Assembly (NCBI RefSeq): GCF_001194135.2
Contig: NC_068990.1
Span: 47,428,069 to 47,477,554 of the forward strand
From: Octopus bimaculoides
Taxonomy: Eukaryota
Direction: 5' to 3'
Length of the DNA: 49,486 nucleotides
Under the pieces are notes generated by a model. It was given only the letters and a program-made list of their open reading frames with translations. It was not told the origin of the DNA and searched no databases. This document shows, piece by piece, positions 1 to 11,235 of the stretch. The position numbers and the translations under genes are program-made. Position 1 is the stretch's first letter. Each line of letters begins with the position of its first letter.

Positions 1-175
1 ATGACGATAGATTCGACGGATTCATGAATTCATATAGTGAATTGGTGATTATGGTTGATGGGCCGGTGTGGTATGATACTCTGCCGCCCGTGGTGGAACA
101 TGAAGAGTTTTAAAATTTCAGAGGAAAATATTAAATATGATATGAACAATATAAAAAAGTGATGATGAAAATGTG
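1..175 (+). repeat. 3' end of an upstream tandem copy of the 419-1035 unit (cut by window start)
   Basis: 1-175 aligns by eye with 861-1035 (gggccggtgt.gtat.ata..ctgccgcc.gtggt.gaa.atgaagag ... tgatatgaacaatataaaaa); followed by an A-rich tract at about 190-225. Confidence 0.85.
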
Positions 176-418
176 AACATTTTCTTTTAAAAAAAAAAAA
201 ATAAAAAATAAAAAGAGGAAAAAACTGTCCAAAACAATGACTAAATGTAACTACTCGACTTCGGGGGTCGAGTGAGCATTGTGCCTCATTTTATCATTTT
301 CATAATTTCATTCGTTTCTTTTTATTTTTTCTTCCTTGCTCGATTTCTTTTTGTATTTTCATTTCCCCGATTATATATTTTGTATTGTCTTTGTAATGTA
401 TAACCTCTATATTTAGCC

Positions 419-1035
419 CATGTAGGCATTAAAAAAATCGAGGACGACGGTCAACGATTTGAGCGATGGGACGGTGGTGTTCTGGCTGCCACCGTGGAGG
501 GTCCCGAATTGGGACCGGTGAGAAGAACGAGTATGGTGGACTGGTGGGAATGCGGTGTCGAGATGTGGCTTTTTGCCACTTTCGAAGACATCGAGAGAAT
601 CCTCTACCGAGTGGAGATTGCAGGAGAGAGTTCCCTCAAAGTAATTGTTGAGGGTCGTCGACCGAATTGTTGCGAGTGCGGGATGAGAGGCCATATGAAG
701 GCGCAGAACCATGAGAGAAAGAATTTAAACATAAGTCACTCTTAGTCTACTACGTAAAGAGTGTAGAGGGAAGAAAGGAGAATATCCAAGTGGAAGGGAT
801 TAGTGAGAGTGAAGCTGCTCATGGAGGAATTCAAGGAGAATGAAAGGTGTATTCGATTGAATGACGAAAGATACGACGTGTTCATGGATTCACATGGAGA
901 ATTGGTGACTATGATTGACGGGCCGGTGTTGTATAATACCCTGCCGCCTGTGGTAGAATATGAAGAGCTAAGAAATTTTAGAGAGAGATATAATAGATGA
1001 TATGAACAATATAAAAAGAAATTTCTCCATGACAA
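419..1035 (+). pseudogene. Degenerate gag/ORF1-like zinc-knuckle coding unit
   Basis: ORF 494-745 ends VIVEGRRPNCCECGMRGHMKAQN, i.e. CX2CX4HX4(C->N). ORF 803-1000 is the part repeated at 1-175. No RT follows. Confidence 0.55.
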
Positions 1036-1506
1036 AATACAGTGAATGGTTTTCTTACGGGTTCGAATATGCCTTAAGCATATTTAAACTGGTAACAAGT
1101 TTGTATTTATACACATCGCTGCTTAGCGCTGTCGTACCGTAAAAAAATTATCATCTAAAAACGAAACACCCCAAAACTCATCTCATGTTTCAAGGAATTT
1201 TTGATTGAAATTTTGTGTCTTGTTAGTAAATAAATTATAAGTGCTTATTTAATTTTCCTCTTAATATACAAAGTAATAGTAAGGTATTTAGTGTAACTTC
1301 CTAGTACAGCTATAAATCCTAACACTGGATAAAGCAAATAGAATAACAAGTTATGAATATTTTCGTTTTTGTTGGATTTGTGGGGTTGGGTTGTTAGGCA
1401 CTAATCATGATTTGCTTTTGCTTTGTTGTTTTTTGGGGGGTTTTTTTCATGTATGAACTTTTATAGAAATTTAATATTTCATTATTACAAATTTACAACT
1501 TGCCCA

Positions 1507-1790
1507 GGCGCAGGCATGACTGTGTGGTCAAGAAGTTTGCTTTTCAACAGCGTGGTTTTGGATTCAGTCCCTCTGTGTGACACCTTGGGCAAGTGTCGAT
1601 TCCAAGCCAACTTTTGGCTTGTGATATAATTTGGTAGACGAAAACTGTGAGGAAGCCCGTAGTGGAAGCTTCCACATGTACATGCATGCATACATACATA
1701 CAAACAAATGTATGAAGCGTCTTTGTGCTTGTCCCTCCCCCCATCCTCCACCGTTTGCCAACAAGGGTCGGTTTGTTTACAATTCCGGGA
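1507..1790 (+). mobile_element. tRNA-derived CORE-type SINE, family A (diverged)
   Basis: Head ggcgcaggcatgactgtgtggt, CORE-like caccttgggcaagtgtc, ggtagacgaaaactg, internal CATA repeat; homologous to 16897-17318. Confidence 0.85.
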
Positions 1791-1894
1791 TTTTCGTGGT
1801 TATCGTCAGTGCCTACAATTTTTTTCCAATTATTTTCAAAATTTGGTATATCGAGTAAGCTTTGTATACTAATTATCAAATTGAAATTCATTTT

Positions 1895-1995
1895 TCCTAT
1901 AAATTCACAATTAAAAAGTTATTAGCCTTTAAAATTTGCAAAATTTGGGTATTTTAGCCAATCAGAAGCGAGTATTTTACACATCACCATGAAGT
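1895..1995 (-). mobile_element. Fragment of the Helentron-like repeat at 22365-22845
   Basis: Reverse complement of tgtaaaatactc.cttctgattggctaaaatacccaaattttgcaa.tttaaag.ctaataactttttaatt at about 22765-22840. Confidence 0.6.
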
Positions 1996-2049
1996 TCTGT
2001 TAGCATATTAAGCAAAGAAGCACCACGTGTTCCATAGCAACCAAAGATT

Positions 2050-2245
2050 TTCTTTGTGACTTTCTTCATCTATTTGATTTTCATCTGCCTTAGTGTTTAT
2101 GGCTGACTCAGAGAGTATTACACTTTGCTTATCAGTTACATTATCTATTTCAATCATTATTGCATTTTCATCAGACCTGGGTTGGTCTATAATTACTTCC
2201 TCTGTAGTATCTTCTTTAGCTTCAACTTCGTTCCTTTTAGGTGTT
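2050..2245 (-). repeat. Diverged duplicate of an R4-LINE N-terminal segment (3470-3655)
   Basis: About 190 bp direct repeat; ORF 2008-2256 KRNEVEAKEDTTEEVIIDQPR matches the translation of 3470-3655. Confidence 0.85.
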
Positions 2246-2284
2246 ATTTTATACATTTCTTAATCAGCTATGTGGTAGACTATC

Positions 2285-3900
2285 AAAAGCTTTTTTATAG
2301 TCTATACACGCTATCGACAAGTTTTTGTGTCGTTTGTGACAATCTTCCAAGATCATCTTATTGATGAGTAGCTTATCTTTACAACCATTGGACCCACGTT
2401 TACATCCTTTTTTCTCATTAGGGAATATGCCACTTTCTATTTAAAAACTATAGGTATATTCAGTCAAGACAGATGTTAGCATCTTATATATTGTTGTAAA
2501 GCAGGTTATGGGTCTATAGTTTTTTGGTTCATTTGTTTCTTCATTTTTTGGAAGTAGGAATGTTACACCATTAACTAGCCAAGAGAGAATCAGACTAGGT
2601 TGCCCGAAAACATTGTTGTAAAGTTTTGCTAGCAGTTCATAGCTCTCAGGGAAGTCATTCAACCAGAAGTTAGGAATTTTATCCTTTCCTGGGGACTTCC
2701 ATATGCTTGAATTCCTGAGAGTAGATCTTACATCCTCAACCTTGATACCCTCCCACTTTTACTCTTCTAAGGAGTCTAAGTCTGCAGATGTTCTATCAAT
2801 CCAAAAGACCTCTTCATTGTGTTTTTTCTTCTGTCCAAATTTTATTCCAAAATTCCTGCACTTCTTCTTTGATGGGACAGACTTTACTGTAACTTGATAT
2901 TTTCCCTATCTTCCTGTAAAAATTTTTTGGGTTATTTTTTTAACATGTTGTCCTTGAAGAATCTGACGCACTTTTCATACCTTGCTATGCGGACACCTTT
3001 CGCACATACCTTTTGCTTGATAGTTTCTATGGTGGTATCGATGTCAAATATGGTTTTCATATTATATTTTTTCTTAAATTTTCGGATTTTTGTTGGTTTG
3101 ATAGTTGTATCAAGCTTAATGTTTTTTAAACATTCTATGTCAGACCTAAGTAGCTGAATTTGGTGTTGAATAAGTTCTTGCCAAGTAGGCTTTTTGTGGG
3201 AGTGTTGTCGTCTTGTAATCTTTCCACCACATAGAATCGTTGAGATTTTCGCGGATGCATCGTACAGGTGGTTGAGATCTGTAATATCAACATTAGCTGA
3301 AATTATATTCTTAAGTTCAAGGCGGATTTTACCAATTACTTTCAAGTTTTGGTTAGGATTGCGAATTTTTGGGAGATTGTCGCGTTCATTTATACTGGTT
3401 TCTTTAATTTTCAGCCATTCAATCATTGATTTGATTTTTTAGATTCTGTAGTTCTGTTGGGTCAATTTCTGTGTGACTTTCTTCATCTTTTTGATTTTCA
3501 TCTGCCTTGGTGTTTATGGTTGGTTCAGAGAGTATTTCACTTTGCTTATCAGTTACATTAACTCTTTCAATCATTATTGCATTTTCATCAACCTGGGTTG
3601 GTCTATAATTATTTCCTAAATAGTATCTTCTTTAGCTTCAATTTCGTTCCTTTTATCCCTAACTGATTGTTTAATTTGGTCAATATCTAATTCAGTTAGT
3701 AATTTGTTTTTCAAAATGTATCTTCTGACGTTGGCAAGGTGGTTACTGTCTATATAGGGTCTTACATCAAGATGTTTCTGTCTCCAGTTTAAGTAGATTT
3801 GTACAGTATTAGATTTATCTGTGGGGAAACTGAATTGCCAATTTTGAAGTATGAGGTATCAAAAGATTCAGTAATATTTCAGCTACCAAATGAAGAATTT
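2285..3900 (-). mobile_element. R4/Dong-clade non-LTR retrotransposon, 5' half (N-terminus plus start of RT), truncated
   Basis: Minus-strand translation: NHLANVRRYILKNK, KPTWQELIQHQIQLLRSDI, WKSPGKDKIPNFWLNDF, GVTFLLPK...[33 protein letters not shown]; stops and frameshifts present. Confidence 0.88.
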
Positions 3901-4694
3901 TTTTGCACAACTCTTTACTACAAAAATTACCTCGAAAACGAGGTCGGGTCGCACAATTTTGAGATCTTTAGCTAAGGGAGGCAACTCCGTCTGAACGATC
4001 TTTATGTCTTACATAAAGCATAATGAGAAAATGTTTAAAATACATAGAGTTTTACCAGGGAATGAAACTTCAAAGATATACCGTCGACTTATTAGTACTA
4101 TTTAGTTGATAATCTTTTAATATGAAGTAGATTTGTATTTTGTGTGGCCCTGAGTTGCCTCTGATGTAGCAGACCCATCGCATAGTTTGTTTGTTTGTTT
4201 TTTCTTCCTGAAATATTGTAATTCTGTCTTTCTTTTGATGAAGGGGTGTGTTTTAAGAGAGATTTGGCTGCTATTTGTCGTAGTTCAAGTTACCACTGGT
4301 ACATCTGTGTGTATGTACTTTGTTGCGGTGAAAAATACTTCTCAGAATATTTTGCACAATGATGTTTTAAGAAATCCGGATATCTTTCTTACTGCTAACC
4401 ATTCAACTTCAAATTACAATTGTTAATTGTTGGAAGTCAAGAAGACTGAGATGTACATATAGTGTTATCATATAGAGTGGAAGTTCAATACGAAGTTTTG
4501 TACTCATTATCTTGTGGTTAGTAATCCATTACCTTAAATTTGAAGCCATTAAGTCTTTAAACATTATTTTACTGGGTTTAGTCCTTCGACTGTCATTATG
4601 ATGGGTTATCACCTTCAAAATTTTAATTGATCATACTGACCTCAGTACGTATTTCAATCTGGCATTTATTTTATAGATCTCTGCTTGATGAACT

Positions 4695-4926
4695 CTTTTA
4701 CTCTTTTACTCTTTTACTTGTTTCAGTCATTTGACTGTGGCCATGCTGGAGCACCGCCTTTAGTCGAGCAAATCGTTCCCCAGGACTTATTCTTTGGAAG
4801 CCTAGTACTTATTCTATCGGTCTCTTTTGCCGAACCGCTAAGTTGCGGGGACGTAAACACACAAGCATCGGTTGTCAAGCGATGCTGGAAGAGACAAACA
4901 CAGACACACAAACATACATACATACA

Positions 4927-4945
<19 letters not shown>
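4695..4945 (-). mobile_element. SINE family A, 3' half
   Basis: Reverse complement of 17150-17318 (gcttgacaaccgatgc...ctaaaggcggtgctccagcatggcc...actgaaacaagtaaaagag tail). Confidence 0.92.
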
Positions 4946-4962
<17 letters not shown>

Positions 4963-5304
4963 TACAGGAATAAGGGCAGGGAATCGTCAATTAGTAATAG
5001 AATTAATAATTAACAATTTTGCCAAGTAGTTCAGTATGAAAAAACCTTTATCGGTAAANNNNNNNNNNNNNNNNNNNNNNNNNNNNNNNNNNNNNNNNNN
5101 NNNNNNNNNNNNNNNNNNNNNNNNNNNNNNNNNNNNNNNNNNNNNNNNNNNNNNNNNNNNNNNNNNNNNNNNNNNNNNNNNNNNNNNNNNNNNNNNNNNN
5201 NNNNNNNNNNNNNNNNNNNNNNNNNNNNNNNNNNNNNNNNNNNNNNNNNNNNNNNNNNNNNNNNNNNNNNNNNNNNNNATATATATATATATATATATAT
5301 ATAT

Positions 5305-5502
5305 ATACGGCAGGCTTCTTTCAGTTTCCGTCTACCAAATCCACTCACAAGGCTTTGGTCGGCCCGAGGCTATAGTAGAAGAAACTTGCCCAAGTTGCCA
5401 CGCAGTGGGAATGAACCCGGAACCATATGGTTGGTAAACAAGCTACTTACAACACAGCCACTCCTACGCCTATACTTACCACACAGCCACTCCTACACCT
5501 AT
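5305..5502 (-). mobile_element. SINE family A, 5' half, with tandemly duplicated head end
   Basis: Reverse complement of head plus CORE; ttac(a/c)acacagccactcctac(g/a)cctata occurs twice (about 5447-5502). Confidence 0.92.
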
Positions 5503-5579
5503 AACTGTTAACTTTTAGACATAATGGGACACAATACTCGCTTTAACAACAAATGTAAACACACACATACACATATTAG

Positions 5580-5735
5580 GTGCAAGAATGACTGTGTGGT
5601 TGAGAAGTTTGCTCCCAAACCACATAGTTCCACGTTCGGTCTCTCTGCATGGTACCTTGGGCAAGTGTTTTCTACTATAACCCTACGCCAACCACAGACT
5701 TGTGGTTGAGTTTAGTAGACGGAAACTGCAGCGTT
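5580..5735 (+). mobile_element. SINE family A, 5' half (diverged)
   Basis: tgactgtgtggttgagaag...taccttgggcaagtgttttctactata...gtagacggaaactg. Confidence 0.85.
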
Positions 5736-6224
5736 ATTCATCAGAAAATGACCGAAAAACATGTTTATAAAGAAGAGTTGTTTGCTTCATACTCCTCGTA
5801 TGCCAATTCTGTCAATATATATGTATATATATATACATATGAGTTCTCTTCCCAATAATTTTGAAATTTCTTCATTAATACTAAAGACTTCAGATTTCCT
5901 CCTAAACTATTTCTTTTTAGTCATCACCACTGTCACTATGAAATCATCAGCATAAACATCTTATCTTCTTTTCGGGTTTGGGTGGGGACTTTTTTTTCAG
6001 TACCGTCATATGGAGTTGCATATCTTTTTCATTTTATTTTTTTAATTCCATTGTATGAAGTTCCATTATGAAGCCTAATGTGGCATTATGGAAATGAGCT
6101 ATCATCTGTAGCCTGCTATTTTCTCCAATCCTAATCGTAATTAAGAACTCATTATCAATCCTATCACATTATCTTCACTATCAACAATATCCGCGACAAA
6201 CAACAGCTGCATACTGCATAAACA

Positions 6225-6870
6225 ACTCCAGTATTGGTAGGGAAGTATTCCCCGTAGTCCATCGATCTGTTAGAAACTGCAGCTAAATCCTCCTCGTAAA
6301 GCATCCAATTATCTTAAGATTTAAAAAAAGGGAAGGACTACATTGGATAATGTATCCCGGAATAAACTATAATCTGAAAAAAAAAAAGACTAAGTAATCA
6401 ATGTTGGAATGCTTTTACTGACAAATCTGCTCGGCAAAAACCGAACTGGAGCTAAAAAAAAAGATAACAATAATGGAGGCGGTGATAATGACTGAATCAG
6501 CAGCCATAATAGGAAATGAAACGACGAAACACCGCGACCAAGATTAAATTAAGTTAATTCTGGTGCCAGAAGAGGTTGAGAATGTTGCTGATTAGCATAG
6601 AAAACTCGATGGGCTATCTCTATACCGCCATCAAAAACTAGAAATTCGATAAGCTAGTGGGATGTTTCTACCTAATCGTGTGACCTGCTGGGAACTACAG
6701 CCACATCTTCCTCAAATTTCTTCCTATTGTGTTAAATAAAAAGGAGGGGGATACACTGAATAATGATGTCCTGGGTACACTATTAGAAGAAGACGGGGTG
6801 ATCATTGCCGGAATGTCTTTGATCGTAGGTCTGCTCAATTAGAGCTGACTTCAGATTAAACAACAACAGT
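6225..6870 (+). repeat. Two diverged copies of a second interspersed repeat, family B (6225-6470, 6640-6870)
   Basis: Shared order: ga(t/c)ctg.t.g.aact.cagc...tcctc...aaaaa.g..gga.acat/ct.gataatg...ggaatg...tctgctc...a(a/g)ataac/aacaac; related copy at 35245-35425. Confidence 0.6.
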
Positions 6871-7138
6871 AACAAGAAAATCATCTTTCTAAAAAAACTA
6901 TCAGTTAAAAGAAAAAAGCTAGAGACATAGCGATCTTTTCGAATTCAGAGGAAGGAAGCGAAAAGTAGTTCCATTTTCTTGTTTCACCACATGGAAAGAA
7001 AAAACTACAAGTAATAGTCGTAACTAGATGTGACTCACAAAGATAACACCTACAATAGTTGTCATAGCAGCATGAAGAAACATTTACGAGACATTCATTT
7101 GATGCTGTTGCGGTTTTACTTTGAAGTCAACATTAAAA

Positions 7139-7228
7139 CTAGTTAGAAGAGACAGATTGAGTGAGCACTTTCTCAGCGGTGGAAATTTGGTTGGGAACGC
7201 CACTGAACTCCTCTCCAGTTTTCATCAT
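7139..7228 (-). CDS. Candidate terminal or non-coding exon of an unidentified host gene
   Basis: Strong minus-strand acceptor ttgttttctcgtttctgtgtag| at 7229-7230. Readings are (D)DENWRGVQWRSQPNFHR* (stop 7173-7175) or MMKTGEEFSGVPNQISTAEKVLTQSVSSN*. Product not recognised. Confidence 0.2.
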   Translation of the reverse strand: MMKTGEEFSGVPNQISTAEKVLTQSVSSN

Positions 7229-7646
7229 CTACACAGAAACGAGAAAACAATGGATATATGTAAAAAGGCTGAGATCAGAGCAGGGTATAAATAGTGGTTA
7301 ATTTGCACCGATGGGGACATTGTGAATCTCTTATGTACCCAACATATTAGGCAGCCGCTTCAATCCGTAGTGGATATAGAACTTTTCATGAAATAATCAA
7401 TTGTATTTCAGATGTAAATTTAGAAGTGTGAGGAGCACCATATGTAACAACAACTGCAACAGCAATCCCGAACTGGTCAAAAGAATGGATATACCCAAGT
7501 TATGAAAGAGAGGTATTACAGGGGTGGGGGAAACTCCTCAACCACATTCAGAATTGAAATATGAAATATAACTAGAAGTCTCCTAAAACCCTTATAAATA
7601 AATAATAAGATAAATAAATAAACGAACAGATAATTAATAAATACTA

Positions 7647-7868
7647 TTTATTTTGTTGTGTCTAGAGAGAGTCATTGCGCCAATATTAATAACACACGCA
7701 CTGGTTCAATTCCACTCCATTATTGTTAGTCAATTTGTTAAATATCCAAATAAATAATCGATTAGTTAGTTGGATACTTAACCAATTGACAATAATAAAG
7801 GAGTGGAATTGAACCAGTGTGTGTGTTAATATTGGCGTAATGATTCACCCTAGACACAACAAAATAAA
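7647..7868. mobile_element. About 220 bp imperfect palindrome (MITE/fold-back)
   Basis: tttattttgttgtgtctag...cactggttcaattccactcc...tatccaa versus ttggata...ggagtggaattgaaccagtg...ctagacacaacaaaataaa; short self-complementary centre (taatcgatta). Confidence 0.85.
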
Positions 7869-8974
7869 CAGAGTGATGTCTTAAGACCAAAAGAGAAATT
7901 TGATGTCGAACATTTATGAATTTCTAAATATTGCTGACTTTCCTCGGCAGACTCTTTTGTACTTGGATTTACCCCTGGTATTATAAAGATTCTCTGATCT
8001 CGCATAAGATTGTGAAAATTCCTCCACCGTACATCCTGTATAATTTTCCAATCTAACATCATCCTAATCGTAAATCGTAAATCCCGAATTATTGCGATAC
8101 TGATGATATTCATAGATACAATTTGAATGTATTTGTTTTGACTTACTCTCTCTCCTTCCTTCTCTCCCCCTCCTTGTTTCCCTCACTTTCGCCATCCTAT
8201 TCTCTCTCTCTCTCTCCCTCCCCCACCCCATCTCTTGTGCGTATGTTTCGCGCTGGTTACATTTTTTAATATATTAACGTGGTTCGTTTGGTTGATTTAA
8301 AAGTTTCTGGTTTATTTTAATGTCCATTTATCTGAATTATTTGACTATCTGCATTTAAATCTCTAATTGGTTGTCATTCTCAGCATAATAACTAAAAATC
8401 ATCCATTATACTAGAAGCGACTGACTACTTTTTCAAAGCCACTGTATTTATGTCGAATCCAATTTAGCTATTCTCTTAAATGATATGGTGATGAATATTT
8501 TTTTTTTTTTTTTAAAGAAAGAATTAGTTTACTTTATCCTCCTGCTTGGGTAAGTTGATACTTTTGTTCCTATCCTTTATATTAAAGTTACCGATTGCGC
8601 AAGACGTATTATCAAAATGGCTTTCTAAAGTGGGCCCCACATTTGAAACATATCTATATAGTCATTATAATCGACCCCAGTTACTGATTAGTACTTATTT
8701 TATATCTTTTATCTTTTNNNNNNNNNNNNNNNNNNNNNNNNNNNNNNNNNNNNNNNNNNNNNNNNNNNNNNNNNNNNNNNNNNNNNNNNNNNNNNNNNNN
8801 NNNNNNNNNNNNNNNNNNNNNNNNNNNNNNNNNNNNNNNNNNNNNNNNNNNNNNNNNNNNNNNNNNNNNNNNNNNNNNNNNNNNNNNNNNNNNNNNNNNN
8901 NNNNNNNNNNNNNNNNNNNNNNNNNNNNNNNNNNNNNNNNNNNNNNNNNNNNNTATATATATACATATATATAT

Positions 8975-9115
8975 ATATACGACAGATTTCCACAGAGTTT
9001 ATCAGATTCACTTACGAAACACTGGTAGGCCCGAGGCTATAGTAGAAGACCCTTTCCTAAAATGCTGCGCGGTGGGAATGCACTTGAAACCACTTGGTTT
9101 GCAAAGCGATCTTCA
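8975..9115 (-). mobile_element. SINE family A, decayed 5' half
   Basis: ggcccgaggctatagtagaagac...gcggtgggaatg matches 5360-5415. Confidence 0.7.
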
Positions 9116-9261
9116 TAAATACACAGTTAATCCTTTCAAAATCCAGGAGAGTACAGTTCTATTTATTTTATTTTGTTTTATTTTATTTTGTGAAGACAAA
9201 TCTCTTGGTAAATTGCCACTCTATTGTAACTTCTGCGGAAGTTCTAGTACATTTTTTTCTT

Positions 9262-9420
9262 TCTTTCTACTATAGGCACAAGGCCTGAAATTTTGGGTGG
9301 GAGCTCAACTGTTACTTATTTTATCGAGCTCTAAAGAATGAAAGGCAAAGTCGAAGTCGGCAGAATTTGAACGTAGAACGTAGAAACAGAAGAAATGTAG
9401 CTAAGCATACTGTTTGGAAG
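9262..9420 (-). mobile_element. tRNA-derived SINE, family C
   Basis: Minus-strand B-box-like cgttcaaattctgccgacttcgactttgcctttcattc; related to 34895-34945, 36808-36955 and 37505-37585. Confidence 0.7.
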
Positions 9421-9752
9421 CTCAATTCATTAAGAATGACTCTAATGTGGAACGCAGATTAAAATTTCAAAGAGAAACAAGGCACCGTATGGCGACATAT
9501 GAAAATTTTTACACCGATTTTTGAAAAGTTATAAAGCTTAAATGGCAGATGTTTTGAGACGACTGGCTATATTGAACATAGAAGAAACAAGAAATAACAG
9601 TTAAACTATAGAGGATTCTCAACCAACGAAAAATAGGAAAAGGTTTTATATCTTCAAGAGAAAACAACAGACACAGTTCTATATTTAAGAGATGAGGTAT
9701 TATGTATATTATTTACATTTGACGGATATTTGTCCTTATCTTGTTTGTTGTT

Positions 9753-9798
9753 AACACAACGTTTCGGCTGATATACCCTCCAGCCTTCACCAGGTGTC
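9753..9798 (-). ncRNA. Minimal type-I hammerhead ribozyme, core variant CUGGUGA (probably inactive)
   Basis: GACAC-CUGGUGA-A-GGCUG(gaggguauau)CAGCC-GAAAC-GUU-GUGUU; stem I gacac/guguu; palindromic stem III AACGUU. Confidence 0.8.
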
Positions 9799-10037
9799 TT
9801 GGGGAAATTTCGAACCTGGGTTGTCATTCCTAAGGTATTTTTCGATATTATTATTATTATTATCATTATTATTATTATTATTATTCAGGTCACTGCCTGG
9901 AATCGAACTCGGAATCTTGGGGTTAGTAGCTACTAACCCCAAGATTTCGATTTCGATTCCAGGCAGTGACCTGAATAATAAGTAATAACATCGAAAAACA
10001 TCCTAGAAATGAGAACCCAGGTTCGAATTTTCCCCAA

Positions 10038-10083
10038 GACACCTGATGAAGGCTGGAGGGTATATCAACCGAAACGCTGTGTT
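10038..10083 (+). ncRNA. Minimal type-I hammerhead ribozyme, U16.1->C variant (probably inactive)
   Basis: GACAC-CUGAUGA-A-GGCUG(gaggguauau)CAACC-GAAAC-GCU-GUGUU. Confidence 0.8.
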
Positions 10084-10358
10084 AACAACAAACAAGATGA
10101 GGACAAATATCCGTCAAATGTAAATAATGTAAACAACAGGTAATACGAAAAGCATTTCATACAAAGTCCATGTATAAAAATTGCTACAAAATTTACTCTT
10201 GTACTGGTTTCATCATTGTATTGCGACCATACTGGGACATAGGCTAGAAAAAGTCGTTTAGTTTTTTTATAATTCGTGTTTCTTGCGAATCAGTATTAGG
10301 TTAAAATAGCAGAGTACTCGAGTTAACGCGACTTGTAAACGATACCAAATCCCAAAAC

Positions 10359-10412
10359 TATAAGCGGTCACCAAATTATAAGCGGTCACCAAATTATAAG
10401 CGGTCACCAAAT
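10359..10412 (+). repeat. Perfect 18 bp tandem repeat x3
   Basis: (tataagcggtcaccaaat)3. Confidence 0.97.
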
Positions 10413-11087
10413 TCATTAAAACATGAAGTATTTATAAACAGTACACAGACGTAGTAAAGAAAAACTTAATAAAAGCATCGCGTGTCTAAGTCAACGAACT
10501 AAAGTAATGTATTCAGTAAAACTGTTGTATGACGATTAGCTGCGTTTTGTTTGAAATGAAATGCAACCAAAAAATGAATTCTTCTTGAATTTCTTTAACT
10601 CTTATTAAAATGGAAGCTTCAAGTTTCTTTTCTGCAATTAAAAAAATGGAATTCTGGTGTGTAATAACTAAACTTTAACTAAAGGAATACTGGTGTGCAC
10701 TAGCTGAAATATTTTGTCTCAGAAAACACCGTGTCTGGCGATCCACCGCTAATGTGAATGGAACTTTGTTTTTAACACAGAAGTTTCTTTAAAAAATTTT
10801 TCCAAGACAAAACATTGCAATAACTGCTGTTCCATATTCGTGTGTCTATGATACAAGTTATAGACACCGGTATGCTAATTTAAGACTATCTCAAGTACGG
10901 GTATCAAACAAACTGAAGAAAATGATATTCCAGAATGTAACGGTAACTAGGAAACATTGAAAACTAGTTCTTATTGGTTATACAGGTTCAAAAATCGAAC
11001 AAGACTTCACAATGTTCGTGTAACTGATGACGTTATAAATTCAGAAAAAAGTGCAACAGAAAAATATCAGAATGTTTGTGAATTTTC

Positions 11088-11235
11088 ACAATCGAAGAAA
11101 GGGGTTATGAAGACAAACACAACTTTGAATCAACATCGTGCATACGAAGAATCGGAAATCAATAAATCGATTAAAAGGAACAACAAATGAAAGAAATTGC
11201 AGTAAACAAAAATTGATGCGATATTTTAAGTATAT
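11088..11235 (+). repeat. Unclassified dispersed repeat (second copy about 14052-14190)
   Basis: Shared tcgaagaaa(a)ggggttatgaagacaaa...tttgaatcaaca.cgtg.ata.gaag...tcaataaatc...caaatgaaagaaattg. Confidence 0.8.

Larger units (their letters stand above)
9708..10128. mobile_element. Head-to-head palindromic dimer of a tRNA-head/(AAT)n/HHR element
   Basis: Loop-less centre ggggttagtag|ctactaacccc (9929/9930). Each arm has B-box-like gagttcgattcc, then (AAT)n, then an HHR tail. Arms differ at several positions. Confidence 0.9.

Noticed and set aside
9920-9975. tRNA gene
   Set aside because: Only a 3' half with a B box and imperfect T stem; it is a SINE head relic, as are the other tRNA-like heads
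10359-10412. 18 bp x3 repeat as a CRISPR-like array
   Set aside because: No spacers, eukaryotic context; a simple minisatellite
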